Assembly (NCBI RefSeq): GCF_009914755.1 | Contig: NC_060925.1 | Reading direction: 5' to 3' (one strand) | Source: the human T2T-CHM13v2.0 reference genome, Homo sapiens | DNA: 64,000 bases | Part shown: piece by piece, positions 40,128-54,300 of the stretch | Position numbering within the stretch: position 1 is the first letter of the stretch | How the letters are laid out: each line of letters opens with the position of its first letter | Program-made: the position numbers and the translations under genes | The notes under the pieces: model-generated | The model's database searches: none | What the model was told of the DNA's origin: nothing | What the model saw: the letters and a program-made list of their open reading frames with translations, nothing else

Positions 40128-43100
40128 ATATTCAATGTTATGTAATGAAAAAAAAACAAAGATGGTGATTTGAGAATTAGATGTGTTCTTTGATTTTGAT
40201 TGTACCTTTAAGCAGATGGTGGGCTCAGTAATTAGACAGCTTGATTAACAGGTGCCTTTAAATTCCTAGTTTCAGGAGAATCCTTGAGCTACTTTTTTGT
40301 CCAAGAATTCTGAGTAAAGTGAGGGCTCAGCCCTCTTTCTCTGTTGCTTCTCTCAACCCTCCCCAGGTTCAAGTGGTATAGACAGGGTGGATTTTTACAA
40401 AAGGGCAAGGGTAACAGTAGTGGGTCATTATATGTGACTGCTCAATAGAGCATTTCATTTAAAAGTAAATGTGAAACATTCATATTTCTAAAACTTGACT
40501 CCAATTTTATCTGGGTGTCACCTCCTCCCAATTTGTTTGCCCCTGCCCCTCATATTTTGCCCCTCTTTCTGCTTCCCCTAACAGTCCTTAAAAGCAATAA
40601 TGGAAACTACACTGTTATTATCAACAACAATTTTGGCTCTGTAGCAGAAATCTCTGATCCCCAAAAAGCAGTTTAATGTCTTACTTCACGTTTTCAAAGA
40701 CTCATTAGTGTGTTATACCAAATAATAGTATAAATTATCTCTAGTCATATGTGAACTCTTTTACCTTATGGATTACTCTAAGGTAAAGACAGTAATATGA
40801 ATTTTTATTTTCACTAGTATATGACTTTTGTAAGAAATGAATTTTAAAACTTTGACAAGCTACACTCACTTTTTTCTTTAAAAAGTTACAAATTACAAGA
40901 GTATAGAAAATAAAACAACAAACTCCTAAACCTTGTACTCAGTGTAACAGATTTTAACTTCTTATCATATTTGGCTCAAAAAGTTACTTTATTTATTATT
41001 CATATTTAAAAATCTGTATTGGAAATACATCATAATACAAAAGAATGTGTACAATGTATACATAGTATCTACACAATGTTGCTGAATTCAGTAGTCACTA
41101 GATAAATATTATTATTTAGATTTGAGTTTATTATTTAGATTATTAGATTTAACTATTTAGTTAATAGTGTGTACTATTAAAAAGTCAGTTCCTGTTACGT
41201 AGTAAACTAGTGGCTAATGGTTACTAGGAACAAGACAACTCAAGTATTAACACAGAAATAATCACAGAAAGACCTATTGGAAAAGGCTTCCCTAAGCATT
41301 GCAATTTTACTTTCAGATTATTATTTTTCTTTGACCCAAATGGTGTGATAATAATAAATTACTGGAAACTAATGGTATTTTAAATCATTTCCATGTGTCA
41401 AGCATTGTTTTACAAGAGAACTTTATGAGTCAATTTATAAAATCCTAATAATAACACAATGACATGGCCATTATATTCAGAGAATGAAGAGATTTATTAA
41501 CACTTAATTACCGGTGAGAAAGTAGATGTACAGTGAAAGCGAGTTGTTTTTCCACAATAACACAGGTTTCAAAGCTGGAATTTGAACCTATCAATAGGAC
41601 TTTTTGCTTCTGAAACTTCATTTAATAATTATGTCATATTGCTTTTCTGGTGTAAAATATCAAATTATGTCTGCAGAGTTAAGAGAGGAGAATAGACTTT
41701 TCTTTCTTTTTTTTCTAAGGAACGGGGATTTAATGTTCATGAGATAATAAGTCATGGGATTCAGATAAACTCTGAGAAAGACATTTGGATATGGTACTAC
41801 AGTTGGCATTGAGATTGCATATATTAATTAATGAGCTACTGCAAAAAGAGATATAATTTAGAAAGATGTAAAAATTTTTTTAAAAAATACTTTCAAGACC
41901 AAAAGATATTCAAGAGATAATGGAGAAGGAAGTTTGTCACAAAACAAACTGAAAATTGTGAGATTTATTTGCTTGCAAGTTAACTAGCTAGCTGCCACAG
42001 TTTCATAAATGTTGATATTGTTTACTAGACTACTGAGTAAAATAACATTATTTATTGCTCCAGACAATAAGAACTGCATGCTTCTATCATTTCATTGTGT
42101 CCCCAAAGTTCCATGAAGATGATGTCTAGCTGACTAAAAGGATCTTCCCAGATAGTGGGTCTATGTTGCTGGTGAAGAGTCTCAAACTTGGAAATCCCTA
42201 AACCTCACAAACAGGATGCTCAAAAACTTGTGTTCAACCTTTGCCTTGTAGAAAGACATTATCTTTATTATTGTGGTCAGGGGAAATACAAATCTGTCCT
42301 CTGCCCAAGAGCAAGACACAAACTATCTCTTCCATGGTGTTTGGCTATGCTGACATTTTTGAAAAAACACTCCAAAAAAAGTACTGTCACAAAACACATA
42401 GTAGCATCCCCCAACAAAGTCAACAAAGTAGAATATATAACTTTTTTTCTGAACTCAACATAATTATAAAATCAGGATCCTCCCTACCTTTGTATACCAA
42501 ATGAAGGGAAGCCCAGCTATTCACCAGAATAGAGAAACCTTTTCCTGAACTTGAACTATAAAATATTTTTTATGAGGAGTATTGTATAGAAGAATTAGGC
42601 AAAAGATGCAGTTTGGTGTTTCATTTAATTAACAAAATTAAATAATATTACACGTGTAGGTGTTTTCTATGCTTGTTCTCAATAAAGCCAAAGCCATTAT
42701 AGCAAAGAACAGCCACATAAAATCACTTTTTGATGAGTACAAAAAAACTAATAAGAGTTTCATTGTTGGTTGACAAGTGTTTGACTGAACCTTATAATTG
42801 TTTACATCTATAAAAAATGCATGTATACTTATTTTAATACATCTGAAGTAGTACAGTTACACATGATAATAGTCTTCCAATGCAATTATAATCAATCATT
42901 TGTTGTTATGCATTAAAGTTGAATCCTGCTTTATATCCTTTATTAATCTGGTTTTAAAGGGTTTAATATAGGACTCTGAATTATTCTGCCTTTTACATCA
43001 TAAGCCTCATGTTTTGGATTTCCCCCTAATCTTATTTATTAGAAAAGAAATTGTTTTTTCTCCATAAGAATTTCATGGGTTTTTATTAGAAAAACAACGT

Positions 43101-44137
43101 TTTGAAAGAAACTAATACTAAAAGTAAAAAAAAATTGAGAAAAAAATGTCTAAGAAATTTTGTTTTATAAATTAAAATCCTTGCTTCCTAATATGAAGAA
43201 ATTATCTACTTATGACAACCAATAAGATATTCTGGCAAAATTTGCAGCAACTATCACATTAATAAACAAAATTCAAAACTATTATATAATGATTTAAAAT
43301 ACCAAAATCAAAATAGATGTTTTCAGCTTCTCAGATACTACTACAATTTCCTGTTTTCTTTTTGTGAATGAAAAGTATGGTAAGAACTTGGGATTAACCC
43401 AGCAAAGTAAAGAGGAAATTCATATTGAATAACCATTTTAGTTGTCATTCATCATTGTCTTACAGCACATTTAACATAATTTTGTTTCTTTCTAATTCCA
43501 TGTAATTAATATTTTCAAGTAAAACAACATGTCAGGATACAGGAATGCAGAAAAGAAGTCTGTAGCCAAAATAGAGTTATTAAAATTGTCTTTCTAAAAT
43601 TTAAGTAGCTGATTTATAGGACATATTCTATTGTTTCAGAGCCTTTTCCAGCAAGAAACACAAGTAATCAAAATCAGTAGCTAATAGGGATTGTGACAAT
43701 AGGCATATTATCTCCACAGAGAAGTTTCCATTTTTCACCCTGGTGCAGAAGTTAAAAAAATTTTTGTACACATTTTATCAGAGAATATATTTTAAATGTC
43801 TATAAATCATAAGCAAGTAACTTGCAAGTAATTTTCAATAAGCAAGGGAACAAACAATAAATAGGAAAATGGCTACACCCTCAGGACATCTAATTTAAGG
43901 AAAACCAAGCACATGCAACTCATTAAGGTCTGATTATAAAACTACACTCCAACTAAGTTCAATAGCCCAAGCTTATAATGATATATGTGAATATACGACA
44001 TGAAAGGGAGCAGAGACAGAAAACAGAAACCAAGTTTGAAGCACATTATACATGATAAAACTTTCCATAGATATTACCTCAGACAATCCCAACCACAACC
44101 CCTGCAATGATATATGATGACACCTCCCTATCACAAG

Positions 44138-44620
44138 TGCTATTGCCTGAATGTTGGATCTTCTAAAAATATATGTGATGGAACTTAATACCCAATTTAA
44201 TAGTATTAAGCGTTGGGGCCTTTGGGAAGTGATTACGTCGTGAGAGCTTCACTCTCACAAATGGGAGTAGTGCCCTTACAAAAGAGGTTTGAGTGAGCTC
44301 CCTTGTCCCCTTCTGCTATGTTAGGACACAGTGTTCATCCATTCCACTATGTGAAAACACATGGAAGATGACATTAATGAAGAACGGGCCCTCTCAAGTC
44401 ATCAAATATGCTGGTACCAACATCTTGGACTTCACAGTCCCCAGAACTATGAACAATAAATTATTATTATGTATAAATTGCTCAATTTAAGATATTTTTT
44501 ATAGTGTCCCAAATGGAATAAGACAGCAATAGGTATTGCGAAATAGACCATTGCTATAACAAATACCTAAATCTGTGGAAGTAAATGGAACTGGGTAATG
44601 GCAGAAGCTGGAAGAGTTTT
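44138..44620 (+). mobile_element. MaLR LTR (MLT1A/MSTD-like, 44138-44525) plus start of MaLR internal region
   Basis: tgctattgcctgaatgt...ggaataagaca, followed by tgctataacaaatacctaaa...ggaactgggtaatggcagaagctggaagagtttt. Confidence 0.85.
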
Positions 44621-44621
44621 G

Positions 44622-44970
44622 TGATACAGTGCTATCAAAGGAGTCTTAACAGTAACTCCGACGTAGAATTTTTTGCTCCTTAGCTTGGCTAGGTCTGGCT
44701 TCCTGTCTCACGACCAGGAAGAAGTAGGCACACAGACACTCAAAGAGTGAGCAAGGAAAAAAGTTTTATTGAGTGATGAAACAGCTTTTTTGGGTCCCCT
44801 ACCCAAAGACAGGAGGGTTCCCAATATGTTTGATCCCAGGGCTTTTTATGGGCTCAGAATAGAGAGTGTGTGGGGATTGAGTTGTGAGTATGCACAAATG
44901 ATCAAAGCAAAGACGTCACTCAAAGGTGGGCACGGTAGTGTAGAAAAACAATTAGGAAAGGCTAGGTATT
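44622..44970 (-). mobile_element. ERV1 LTR fragment (MER61/MER52/LTR1-group-like), truncated
   Basis: ttgctccttagc...tgtctcacgaccaggaag...tttatt (AATAAA on the minus strand)...ttttatgggctcagaat. Confidence 0.7.
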
Positions 44971-45325
44971 GCAATGTTGAAAAGCAGTGGTGAGAGAAAA
45001 CATCCTTGACTTGCCCCCAGTCCTTGTGGGAAAACTTCAAGTTTCTCATAATGAAGCATACTGTTAACTGGAGATATTTTGTACGTATTCTTTATCAAGT
45101 TGAGGAAGTTCCTCTTTACCTTTAGTTTACTGAGAATTTTTGTTATAAATGAATGTTGTATTTTAACAAATGCTTTTCTGTATCTACCAAAATTTACATT
45201 TTTTTTTCTTTAGCCTGTTGTGATACATTACAGTAACTGAATTTCAAATGTTGAGCTAGCCCTGCACACTTGAGATAAGTCCTTCTTAGTTATGGTATAT
45301 AATCATTTTTATGCATTCTATAATG
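44971..45325 (-). mobile_element. Old L1M ORF2 (RT region) fragment
   Basis: aatgttgaaaagcagtggtgagagaaaacatcctt...ctttatcaagttgaggaagttcc. Confidence 0.8.
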
Positions 45326-46559
45326 TACATTTAAGATACTAAGATAATGAGAATTATTTAACATATTCAAATATTTTGTCATGAATGATTAAAATAAAGA
45401 TAGCTTGGCCAGTGATTTTTTGTCAAATAAAAATGAGTTGGTTCGTGATTTTTCTCCATAATTTTTTTTTCCTTTTTCTCCAATTTGGAGTAAGAACTGC
45501 TTTGAAACAAAATAAGTTAAACCTTTGAAAAAAAAAAACTGCACTTGAATTAGGAACAAAAACATGCTCTTTTCAATGAAGAAATATATTAATTTACAGA
45601 AACCCTGTTAATGTCAACTTCATAAAATCATCGCTTGCTTTAAAGAAAAAATCAACACAAAATGTTGATGAAGTAAAAATAAAAATAAAAATAAAAAATA
45701 TCAAAATATTCATGAAAGAAACTGCCTTCTCCCACAAAAAAAAACCCAAAACCAGAGGAAATCAGTAGCACGACTCCACAACATTAATTAAATCTTTCTC
45801 TAAAAAAACACCACAGATATGAAGAAACATTATGGATCAGAAACTCAAACACCCAGTATAAAAACATAATACCAACTATGGAAATATGTGAAACAAATAT
45901 GATCAATCAAACTTAGGAAACAATTTGAATAAAATAATCTTAGCAACTGAAACAAAAGAGCAGCTGGGACAAGGAAGAATAAACACAACCAATGATATGC
46001 TAAAGAAAAGAAGAGACATAAGGGATATATTTAAATAAAACAAAAATTACGGAAGTGCAAGGCCAAATAGAAAATTAAACCATCTAATCTAAAATGATTA
46101 TTTTGCCCTTAAAAGTTTCTATTCATCAAGAAAAATAATTTATTATTAAATGTTGCCAGAAAAAAAGAACATTTTCTTTACAGTAGAAAAAATATAGGAA
46201 ATACTATATATCTAATTAAATATCTTGACCAACTTTCAAAAGTATTACAAAAATTAAACACAAAAAAGGACCATACTTTTGAGCAACACAAATATTATTT
46301 TTTAACTAACAAACAATTACCATACTAATTTACAAAGATTGCTTTTCAATAGTCAGGGCATGTACAAATTGCATGCAATACTAGAATGTTTATATTTAGT
46401 ATAAGTCCTAGCAAATAACTCAGAACAATAAGTAAAAGTTAGTATTTATTTTAAATTATAATTTAAAATCAAGGTTATTTATTGAAATGCCTTATTCAAA
46501 ATTTTTTTAAATATCTGTAAAAAAATAAGTAATTTTCTGAAATGAGCTATAACTTATGC

Positions 46560-46750
46560 AGATTATGTTCCCCAGTAAAGAAACTCAGAGGTGGAAATTT
46601 GCTTATAGGACCTTTGATAGAGAGTTCTTTCAGAATCAGAACTATGAGAAACCAAACTGTTGTTTGGTGTGGACAGACCAGTTGAATCGTAATGCAGTCA
46701 CAACAGAGGCTTAAAGCAATCTCATGCAGAAATTTTGAGTTCGGTTGCCT
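46560..46750 (-). mobile_element. LTR16-type ERVL LTR fragment
   Basis: gttccccag...actcagaggtggaaatttgc...gcagtcacaacagaggc. Confidence 0.55.
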
Positions 46751-48368
46751 CAACACTACATTCACTGATAGATCCACAAGATATTTAACATGCCTACATC
46801 ATTATCTTGTTTTAGAAGACATGTCATTCTAGTTTATTAACATATACTTTATTTTCAGCTTTAGAGTTTATACACTAAAATTAATATATTTGTATTTAAG
46901 ATACAGAGAGTTATACATTGCACGATATATAACTAGCTCTATCATAAATACACATTAAAGAAATTAAATACAGGTGCACTGTTACCCAACAATGAGGTAA
47001 TGTTAGTAATCTCCTGGTTTCAACCTAGCTTATACAAAACATTTTTAATGATGTTTTTATAAATTATAGTATGCCCTTTCGAGATTACTTTCCTTCACAA
47101 CGATGTTGCTTCTTAAATGAGGTTTTGAATATGTTTTTCATGTAGTGGAAACCATTATTCCAAATGGTGTCATAGTTTAAACAGCTGTATGTTATGTATT
47201 TTAATAAGATATCTGCTAAAATATAAATTGATTAGACTAGACCTAGAAATTATTTTTGTTAAATAATAGAAAAAAAACACTATTCCTAACACAATAGGTG
47301 TCTTGCATAATGGTGGTGAAATAAATACAATAAAGTAGTCAATTAATACGAAATATTTATTATAAGTGTTTAGAGATATTTTATTTACGAAAATTTTATA
47401 TAAATATGTGCTAGAAGAAATAATTCTTTGTGTATATTTCTATTAGATGCAAAATTTCTCTTTTATTCTTTCTATATTTTCTTTTCCAATATTTCACTTT
47501 CCCTGTTGAACAGATCACATCTGGGTTGCAGAAGATAAGTGGCTATGTTTAGCACCACTTAAAAGTTGTCATATGAAATGATAATAATTCCTTCAATTGG
47601 CAAATTATTTTAGGACTAGTTCTATGAAAGAAAGGGTATAAATATGACATCCATCTTCCCAAACATATAAAACAAAATGTTTACTTATATTTAGTCAAAA
47701 TTGAAAAATAAGCAAGAATATTTGTTATTTTAAATAAATAAAAATATGTCTAATCAATTTATATTTTAGCAGATATGTTATTAAAATATATAACATACAG
47801 CTGTTTAAACAATGACACCATTTGGAATAATGATTTCCACTACATGAAAAACATATTCAAAACCTCATTTAAGAAGCAACATCATTGTGAAGGAAAGTAA
47901 TCTCGAAAGGGCATACTATAATTTATAAAAACATCATTAAAAATGTTTTGTGTAAACTAGATTGAAACCAGGAATAAAAGACTTCCTTTTAATTGCGTGT
48001 AAAAATTAATTTGGATGTTTGAAAGTGAATGTTAACCTACCTTGAAAAGTGTCATTTTTGTAAAGGCTCTGAAAAGTATCTATAGAAACTGTCAAAAATA
48101 GTATTATATTTTTTATACTTTCTCTCCTTTGAGTTCTTCTCATTAGTAGCAAAAATTCCAGCATAAACATAATTATGAATCTCACCATGGTATCAGGGCA
48201 AACCTTGTAATAGAGTATGGAGTAACTAAAACATTTAATTATCTGTTCAAAATATAGTTAAAGTAGTTTAAGAATTTCATTTTCTTTTTGTCTCTTACAA
48301 ATCAATGTTCATTTTAACTGTACTCCATTTTGTCCTTTAAAAGAAATACAATTTGAATACAATGTTTC

Positions 48369-49007
48369 AGGGTACATGTGCACAATATGCAGGTTAGTTA
48401 CATATGTATACATGTGCCATGCTGGTGTGCTGCACCCATTAACTAGTCATTTATCATTAGGTATATCTCCTAATGCTATCCCTCCCCCGTCCCCTCACCC
48501 CACAACAGTCCCCAGAGTGTGATATTCCCCTTCCTGTGTCCATGTGTTCTCATTGTTCAATTCCCACCTGTGAGTGAGAACATGCAGTGTTTGGTTTTTT
48601 GTCCTTGTGATAGTTTACTGAGAATAATGATTTCCAATTTCATCCATGTCCCTACAAAGGACATGAACTCATCATTTTTTATGGCTGCATAGTATTCCAT
48701 GGTGTATATGTGCCACATTTTCTTAATCCAGTCTATCATTGTTGGACATTTGGGTTGGTTCCAAGTCTTTGCTATTGTGAATAGTGCCGCAATAAACATA
48801 CGTGTGCATGTGTCTTTATAGCAGCATGATTTATAGTCCTTTGGGTATATACCCAGTAATGGGATGGCTGGGTCAAATGGTATTTCTAGTTCTAGATCCC
48901 TGAGGAATCGCCACACTGACTTCCACAATGGTTGAACTAGTTTACAGTCCCACCAATAGTGTAAAAGTGTTCCTATTTCTCCACATCCTCTCCAGCACCT
49001 GTTGTTT
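48369..49007 (-). mobile_element. Young L1PA (L1PA3-like) 3' fragment lacking a poly(A) tail
   Basis: Near-consensus 3' UTR (ccccacaacagtccccagagtgtga). ORF 48557-48928 is the ORF2 C-terminus. Confidence 0.95.
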
Positions 49008-49089
49008 TTTAAATGAACAAAGTTGCATACTTGTGCAACTAACCAATCAGCTCATGAAAGTGCAAGCAATACAGTACTCTGGATCATAA

Positions 49090-49400
49090 GTAAATTAGTT
49101 TTCTATGATTGCTGTAACAAATTGTCAGGAATACAGTGCCTTAAAAGAATAGAGATTTGTTATCTTACAGTTCTGTATGTTTGAAATCCAATCTGGGTCT
49201 CACTGAGCTAAAATTAAGGTGTCTGCAGGACAACACTCCTTTTTAAGGCTCTATGAAATAATCTTTTCTTTTTTTTTTTTTTTGCTTTTTCCAGCTTGTA
49301 AAAGCCCTACACCTCATTGTCCACCCTTCTAGAGTCAAATATTCCTTTCATCCTTCTCTCCTGACCCCCAATTCCACTTTTAAGGACCCATGTGATTACA
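49090..49400 (-). mobile_element. MaLR LTR (MLT1C/D-like), partial
   Basis: ttagttttctatgattgctgtaacaaatt...gggtctcactgagctaaaattaaggtgtc...aaggacccatgtgattaca. Confidence 0.8.
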
Positions 49401-49404
49401 ACCA

Positions 49405-49739
49405 GGTACCATAAACTAGGTGGCTTATAAGCAACAGAAATTTATTTTGCTCACTTTTGAAAGCTGAAAATGTTATATCCGGGTGCCCATGTGGCTGAGA
49501 TCTGGTGAGAATTCTCTTTCAGGTTGCAGAGTACTGACTTCTCATTATATCTTCACATGGAGAAGCAGAAAGCTAGCTAGCTCTCTGGCATATTCCTATA
49601 AGGGCATTAGCACTATTATAAGAGCTCCACCCCCATGGTCTAATTATATCCCAAAGGCGCTACCACAAAATTCCATCACACTGGGGATTACATTGCAACA
49701 GTTGAATTTTGGGATGGCGGAAACATTCAGTTGTTAACA
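49405..49739 (-). mobile_element. MaLR LTR (MLT1A0-like)
   Basis: taccataaactaggtggcttataagcaacagaaatttatt...aaacattcagt. Confidence 0.82.
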
Positions 49740-50209
49740 CTGAACTACCAAAAGTAAATCCAATTTAATATCAGTTAAGTTGTAAGCACTAGGATGCTCC
49801 CATGGGCAGAGATCCATATTTTGAAATTGGATTCCTAGACTGGGCTTTAGAAACTAAGGATGAGCTGGAGATTCAGTGTCAGATTAGCCTACAAATGACC
49901 ACCACTCAGAGTGGTTATGAAAAAGAATAGAAAAGATCCCACCAAGAGATGGGATAGCAGAATAATTAGATGGAGAACACAAAATAAGCAAAAGCACAAG
50001 ATGAACCTGGAGAGCCTTTCACTCATTGTATGAGAAATTTAGCAGTCTGAGCCACCTTGACCCAACAAAGTCTTGTTTTTCACTATTAGGTGAATAAATG
50101 GCTTTTTGTCAAGTGATAGAACATATTGTAACAAACCCTCCTTCTGTGATAATTTTTAATGCCACACATTTATAATATGATCCTTTCATTTGTGGGCTGC
50201 CTCAGGATT

Positions 50210-50425
50210 CTGGTGTGATAGATCCTGGGGATCTGATTCCAAACAAACAATTTAATCGCTCTAAAGATCTTGAGAAAATTCACTTAATTTTGTTAAACCT
50301 CTGTTATTCTTTTATAAACTAGGGATGATAATCCTTATGAGAAAGGATTATGGCACAAATTAGAGATAATGCATGGAAAGAGCACTTGGCATGCTGCCTG
50401 ACCCATAGGATGTAGCCAGTGGTTA
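50210..50425 (+). mobile_element. MIR
   Basis: gatcttgagaaaattcacttaa...ttagagataatgcatggaaagagcacttggca. Confidence 0.7.
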
Positions 50426-51555
50426 AATTCTGTTCTATGGTTGCTTTTATTTTTTGACTCCCAAAGCGACCTGTTGGTGTGAGTCTTGATCTTTTCAGCA
50501 ATATAGGACATGTCTGAACTGACAGAAGAAGGCTCTGGAGTGTGCAATTTCTGTTTCTTTTTTTTTTTTTATTCTGGAGAACAACTGATCTGATTTGAAA
50601 CTAGTCATTTCAGGAATATATAGTGATACGCTCTAAATGAAATGACCACTATGAAGATTGATTTATATTATCAGAAAGAAATTACTAAGAGTCTTAAAAA
50701 TGACCGCCATGTACAAAACAATCATATTGACACTCTCCTAAATTACAGAACTGATATCAAAGATAATTTTACAAGGTAAGCAGCAATACTTTTATTTAGC
50801 CAATGGTTCTATCTGCAAAGCAATTTTAATGCATTCCTGATGATAATAGTATATTTCAGTAATTTCATATATTTATTTATTTTTCCCTGCTAGGTAGATA
50901 AAGGTAGTAAAAGATCTTTTTGGGGTCAGAATTTTGGGAATTCACATAAAAACAGAACTATTCCTTTTGAGATTAAGATATAATATTTTAGAATGTGAAT
51001 GTTTGTTAACATTACATGTATGTTTTGCCACTCTTTCCTTTAATTTTGATTCCAAAACTTGAAGGTAGATGAGAGTTTGTAGCACTAAGAGAATACAATT
51101 TAGTGTCCAAATTGACAATGCCCAGAGAGTCAACATCTAACAAAACTGGAGGAAGAAAATGTTATGAAAACACCCATTTGTGTGTGTGTTTGAGAAAGAG
51201 TATTTCCATATTCTTCAAGCTTTGAGTCAAGAATCTTCAACCCAGAATTGTTGCTTCCTCTATAATTTTTTAGGTTTTTAGAGAATACTGCTTTATGTAT
51301 TTTCAGTGTGACAAAATGTTTTTACAGTATTATTCCCAGAATATAACCTTGATCTTAGATGACAAAAATTATATGTTTTCATATTTTGAAATATTTTTAG
51401 TTAGAAAATCTGATGCCCTAAAGTTGCTAAACCATGGGACTTCATGTTCTTTTATGAATGTTGATATTTCTCAATTTATAATAGTACTATGCTAATAACG
51501 AAATAATATTCTCAATCAAAGTACTCTTTGAGAATATCTCTCTTTAATATTTTTT

Positions 51556-51670
51556 ATTCATTCTTTCATCCACTCATTTAACAAATACTTTTTGAGGTAT
51601 TTCTGTGGGCTGGGTACTTTTCTAAGACTGTAAATGTGAATGAAATAGGCACAATTCCCTAACTTCACAA
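51556..51670 (-). mobile_element. L2 3' end
   Basis: ttcattctttcatccactcatttaacaaatactttttgag. Confidence 0.75.
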
Positions 51671-51744
51671 AGATTTGTGTGTGTGTGTAAAAAAAGATAA
51701 AACAAATATTTAGTGTGCCCGCTAATATCTCGGGTTTACATGGG

Positions 51745-51923
51745 CACGGTTGGTTTGGGGGCGGGGGGCTGGGCACTGAGTAGTCTTGGAAAACGCAACA
51801 TTCGGGTGCAGGAACAGGAGTGCCTGTTCTCACTTGGGTTGTGGGCACAGGCCCTAGGGTGTATCCCTCACCAGGGACCCCACCCTTCTCTACCAAGAAG
51901 TTCCCTACACCACTCCCATATCA
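51745..51923 (-). mobile_element. MER52-type ERV1 LTR, 5' terminal fragment
   Basis: gtcttggaaaacgcaacattcggg...aacaggagtgcctgttctcact...ccagggaccccacccttctctacc...tatca. Confidence 0.8.
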
Positions 51924-52001
51924 TTAACAACACTAAATGTATGACAATATACAAATTTGTTGAATTTTGTATACTTAAATACATAAAAAGTTCCTGAATA
52001 T

Positions 52002-53268
52002 TTGACAAACCTGACAAAAAACAAGCAATGTGGAAAGGATTTCCTATTTAATAAATGATGTTGGGAAAACTGGGTAGCCATATGGAGAAGACTGAATCTG
52101 GACCCCTTCCTTACACGTTATACAAAAATTAACTCAAGATGGATTAAAAACATTAGACCTAAAACCATAAAAACCCTAGAAGAAAACCTAGGCAATACCC
52201 TTCAGGACTTAGGCATAGGCTAAGACTTCATGACCGAAACACCAAAAGTAATGGCAACAAAAGACAAAATTGACAAATGGGGTCTAATTAAACTAAAAAG
52301 CTTCTGCACAGCAAAAGAAACTACCATCAGAGTGAACAGGCAACCTACAGAATGGGAGAAAATTTTTGCAATCTATCCATTTTACAAAGGGCTAATATCT
52401 AGAATCTACAAAGATCTTAAATAAATCTGCAAGAAGAAAAACATCGAAAAGTGGGCAAAGAATATAAACAGACACTTCTGAAAAGAAGACATTTGTGCGG
52501 CCAACAAATGTATGAAAAAAAGCTCATCATCATTGGTCATTAGAGAAATGCAAATCAAAACCACAGTGAGATACCATCTCATCCCATTTACAATGGCAAT
52601 CATTAAAAAGTCAGAAAACAACAGATACTGGAGAGGATGTGAAGTATGAACACTTTTACAGTGTTGGTGGGAGTGTAAATTAGTTCAACCATTGTGGAAG
52701 ACTGTGGCAATTCCTCAAGGATCTAGAACCAGAACTACTATTTGACCCAGCAATCGCATTACTGGGTATATACCCAAAAGATTGTAAATCATTCTACTAT
52801 AAAGATACATGCACATGTATGTTTATTGTGGCACTATTCACAATACCACAGACTTGGAACCAACCCAAATCCCCATCAATGATAGACTGGATAAAGAAAA
52901 TGTGGCACATATACACCATGGAATACTATACAGCCATAAAAAAGGATGAGTTCAGGTCCTTTGTAGGGACATGGATGAAGCTGGAAACCATCATTCTCAG
53001 CAAACTAACACAAAAACAGAAAAACAAACTCCACATGTTCTCACTCATAATGAGAGTTGAACAATGAGAACACATGGACACAGAGAGGGGAACATCACAC
53101 ACCTGAGCCTGTCGGGGGGTGGGGGCCTAGGGGAGGGATAGCATTAGGAGAAATACCTAATGTAGATGACAGGTTTATGAGTGCAGGAAACCACCATGGC
53201 GCGTGTATACCTATGTAACAAAACTGCACGTTCTACACATGTACCCTAGAACTTAAAGTATAATAAAA
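52002..53268 (+). mobile_element. L1PA7/8-like, 5'-truncated
   Basis: ORF2 C-terminal fragments and 3' UTR. TSD aaaagttcctgaatat (51986-52001) / aaaagttattgaatat (53269-53284). Confidence 0.95.
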
Positions 53269-53429
53269 AAAAGTTATTGAATATCTAAAAACGAATGTAT
53301 GTTTATTCTAATCCTAACGTTGTTTTATTGAATTAGAAATATATTATTAGTATGTAAAATACAGAGCAATAGACAACTGAATCAAGTTTGAACACAAGAA
53401 GGGGTAATTTCTCTGTCAGATATGATATC

Positions 53430-54300
53430 ATTTTAAAACTAATGCAATTAAAGCTGTATAGTATTGCCATACCTATGGACATATGGAACAATAAAACAAA
53501 AGAAAGCTAAGACATATCCTCAAACATATACGGAAAGTTGCTAAATATCTGACCAGGAAAGCACAGCAAATCAGGAGAAAAGCACAGACTCTGCAAAATA
53601 GTGATCAAATTCTTCTTCACATGAAAAAAGTAAATAGATCTTTATTTTCACTGTACAAGAAAAATGAACTCTAAGAGCACTAGACATCTTGTTATAAGGA
53701 GTAAAAATTTCGAATATTTAGAAACAAGTTAGGGAATACTATGATATAAGATTTTAAAAGACAAGAGAGGAAAGACATGGAAATGAGAAGATCTATAAAT
53801 TGGACTTATTGTGTAAGTCATAAGGCTCAGAAACAGAAATAAAAGGCAAGCTCCTGACTGGGATGGGATTGTATTTTCTGGGACTTTAACAAATATTTAG
53901 AAATTCCGCAGAATATATTAGACTCTCTTACAGGTCATTAATAATAAAAAAGAAGTCCACAAATGATGTGAACAACTATTTTCAGAAGTAAAAATCTGTC
54001 GATAAATATAAAAATATGTTTAATTATTTAAAATACAAAAATGCCAATGAAAGAAAAATTTTCAAATATGAAAAAGCAATGATGTATACTGTTTATGAAG
54101 GTATGTACAGATGTTGAAAGTTTAAAATTGTGGACAGAAAAGATTAACATCTATTGCAAGATCATAGGTATCTCTAATGCAGGAGAGGTGTGATAATATG
54201 TAGTATTCAGAACGGCTGTGGTATTAATCTTGTAAATATGTTTAATGAATCTGAAGCATAATTAATAATTATGTTTCTGATAGACACATATCTTTATTAT
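53430..54300 (+). mobile_element. Ancient L1ME-type remnant
   Basis: A-rich decayed ORF2-like motifs (aattaaagctgtatagtattg, acaaatgatgtgaacaac). Confidence 0.45.

Noticed and set aside
48557-48928. 123-aa minus-strand ORF
   Set aside because: L1 ORF2 C-terminal fragment.
44622-51923. The two minus-strand ERV1 LTR pieces (44.6-45.0 kb and 51.7-51.9 kb) as halves of one element
   Set aside because: The intervening DNA contains much older MIR, L2 and MLT1 elements that cannot have inserted into a younger LTR, and the two pieces look like different families.
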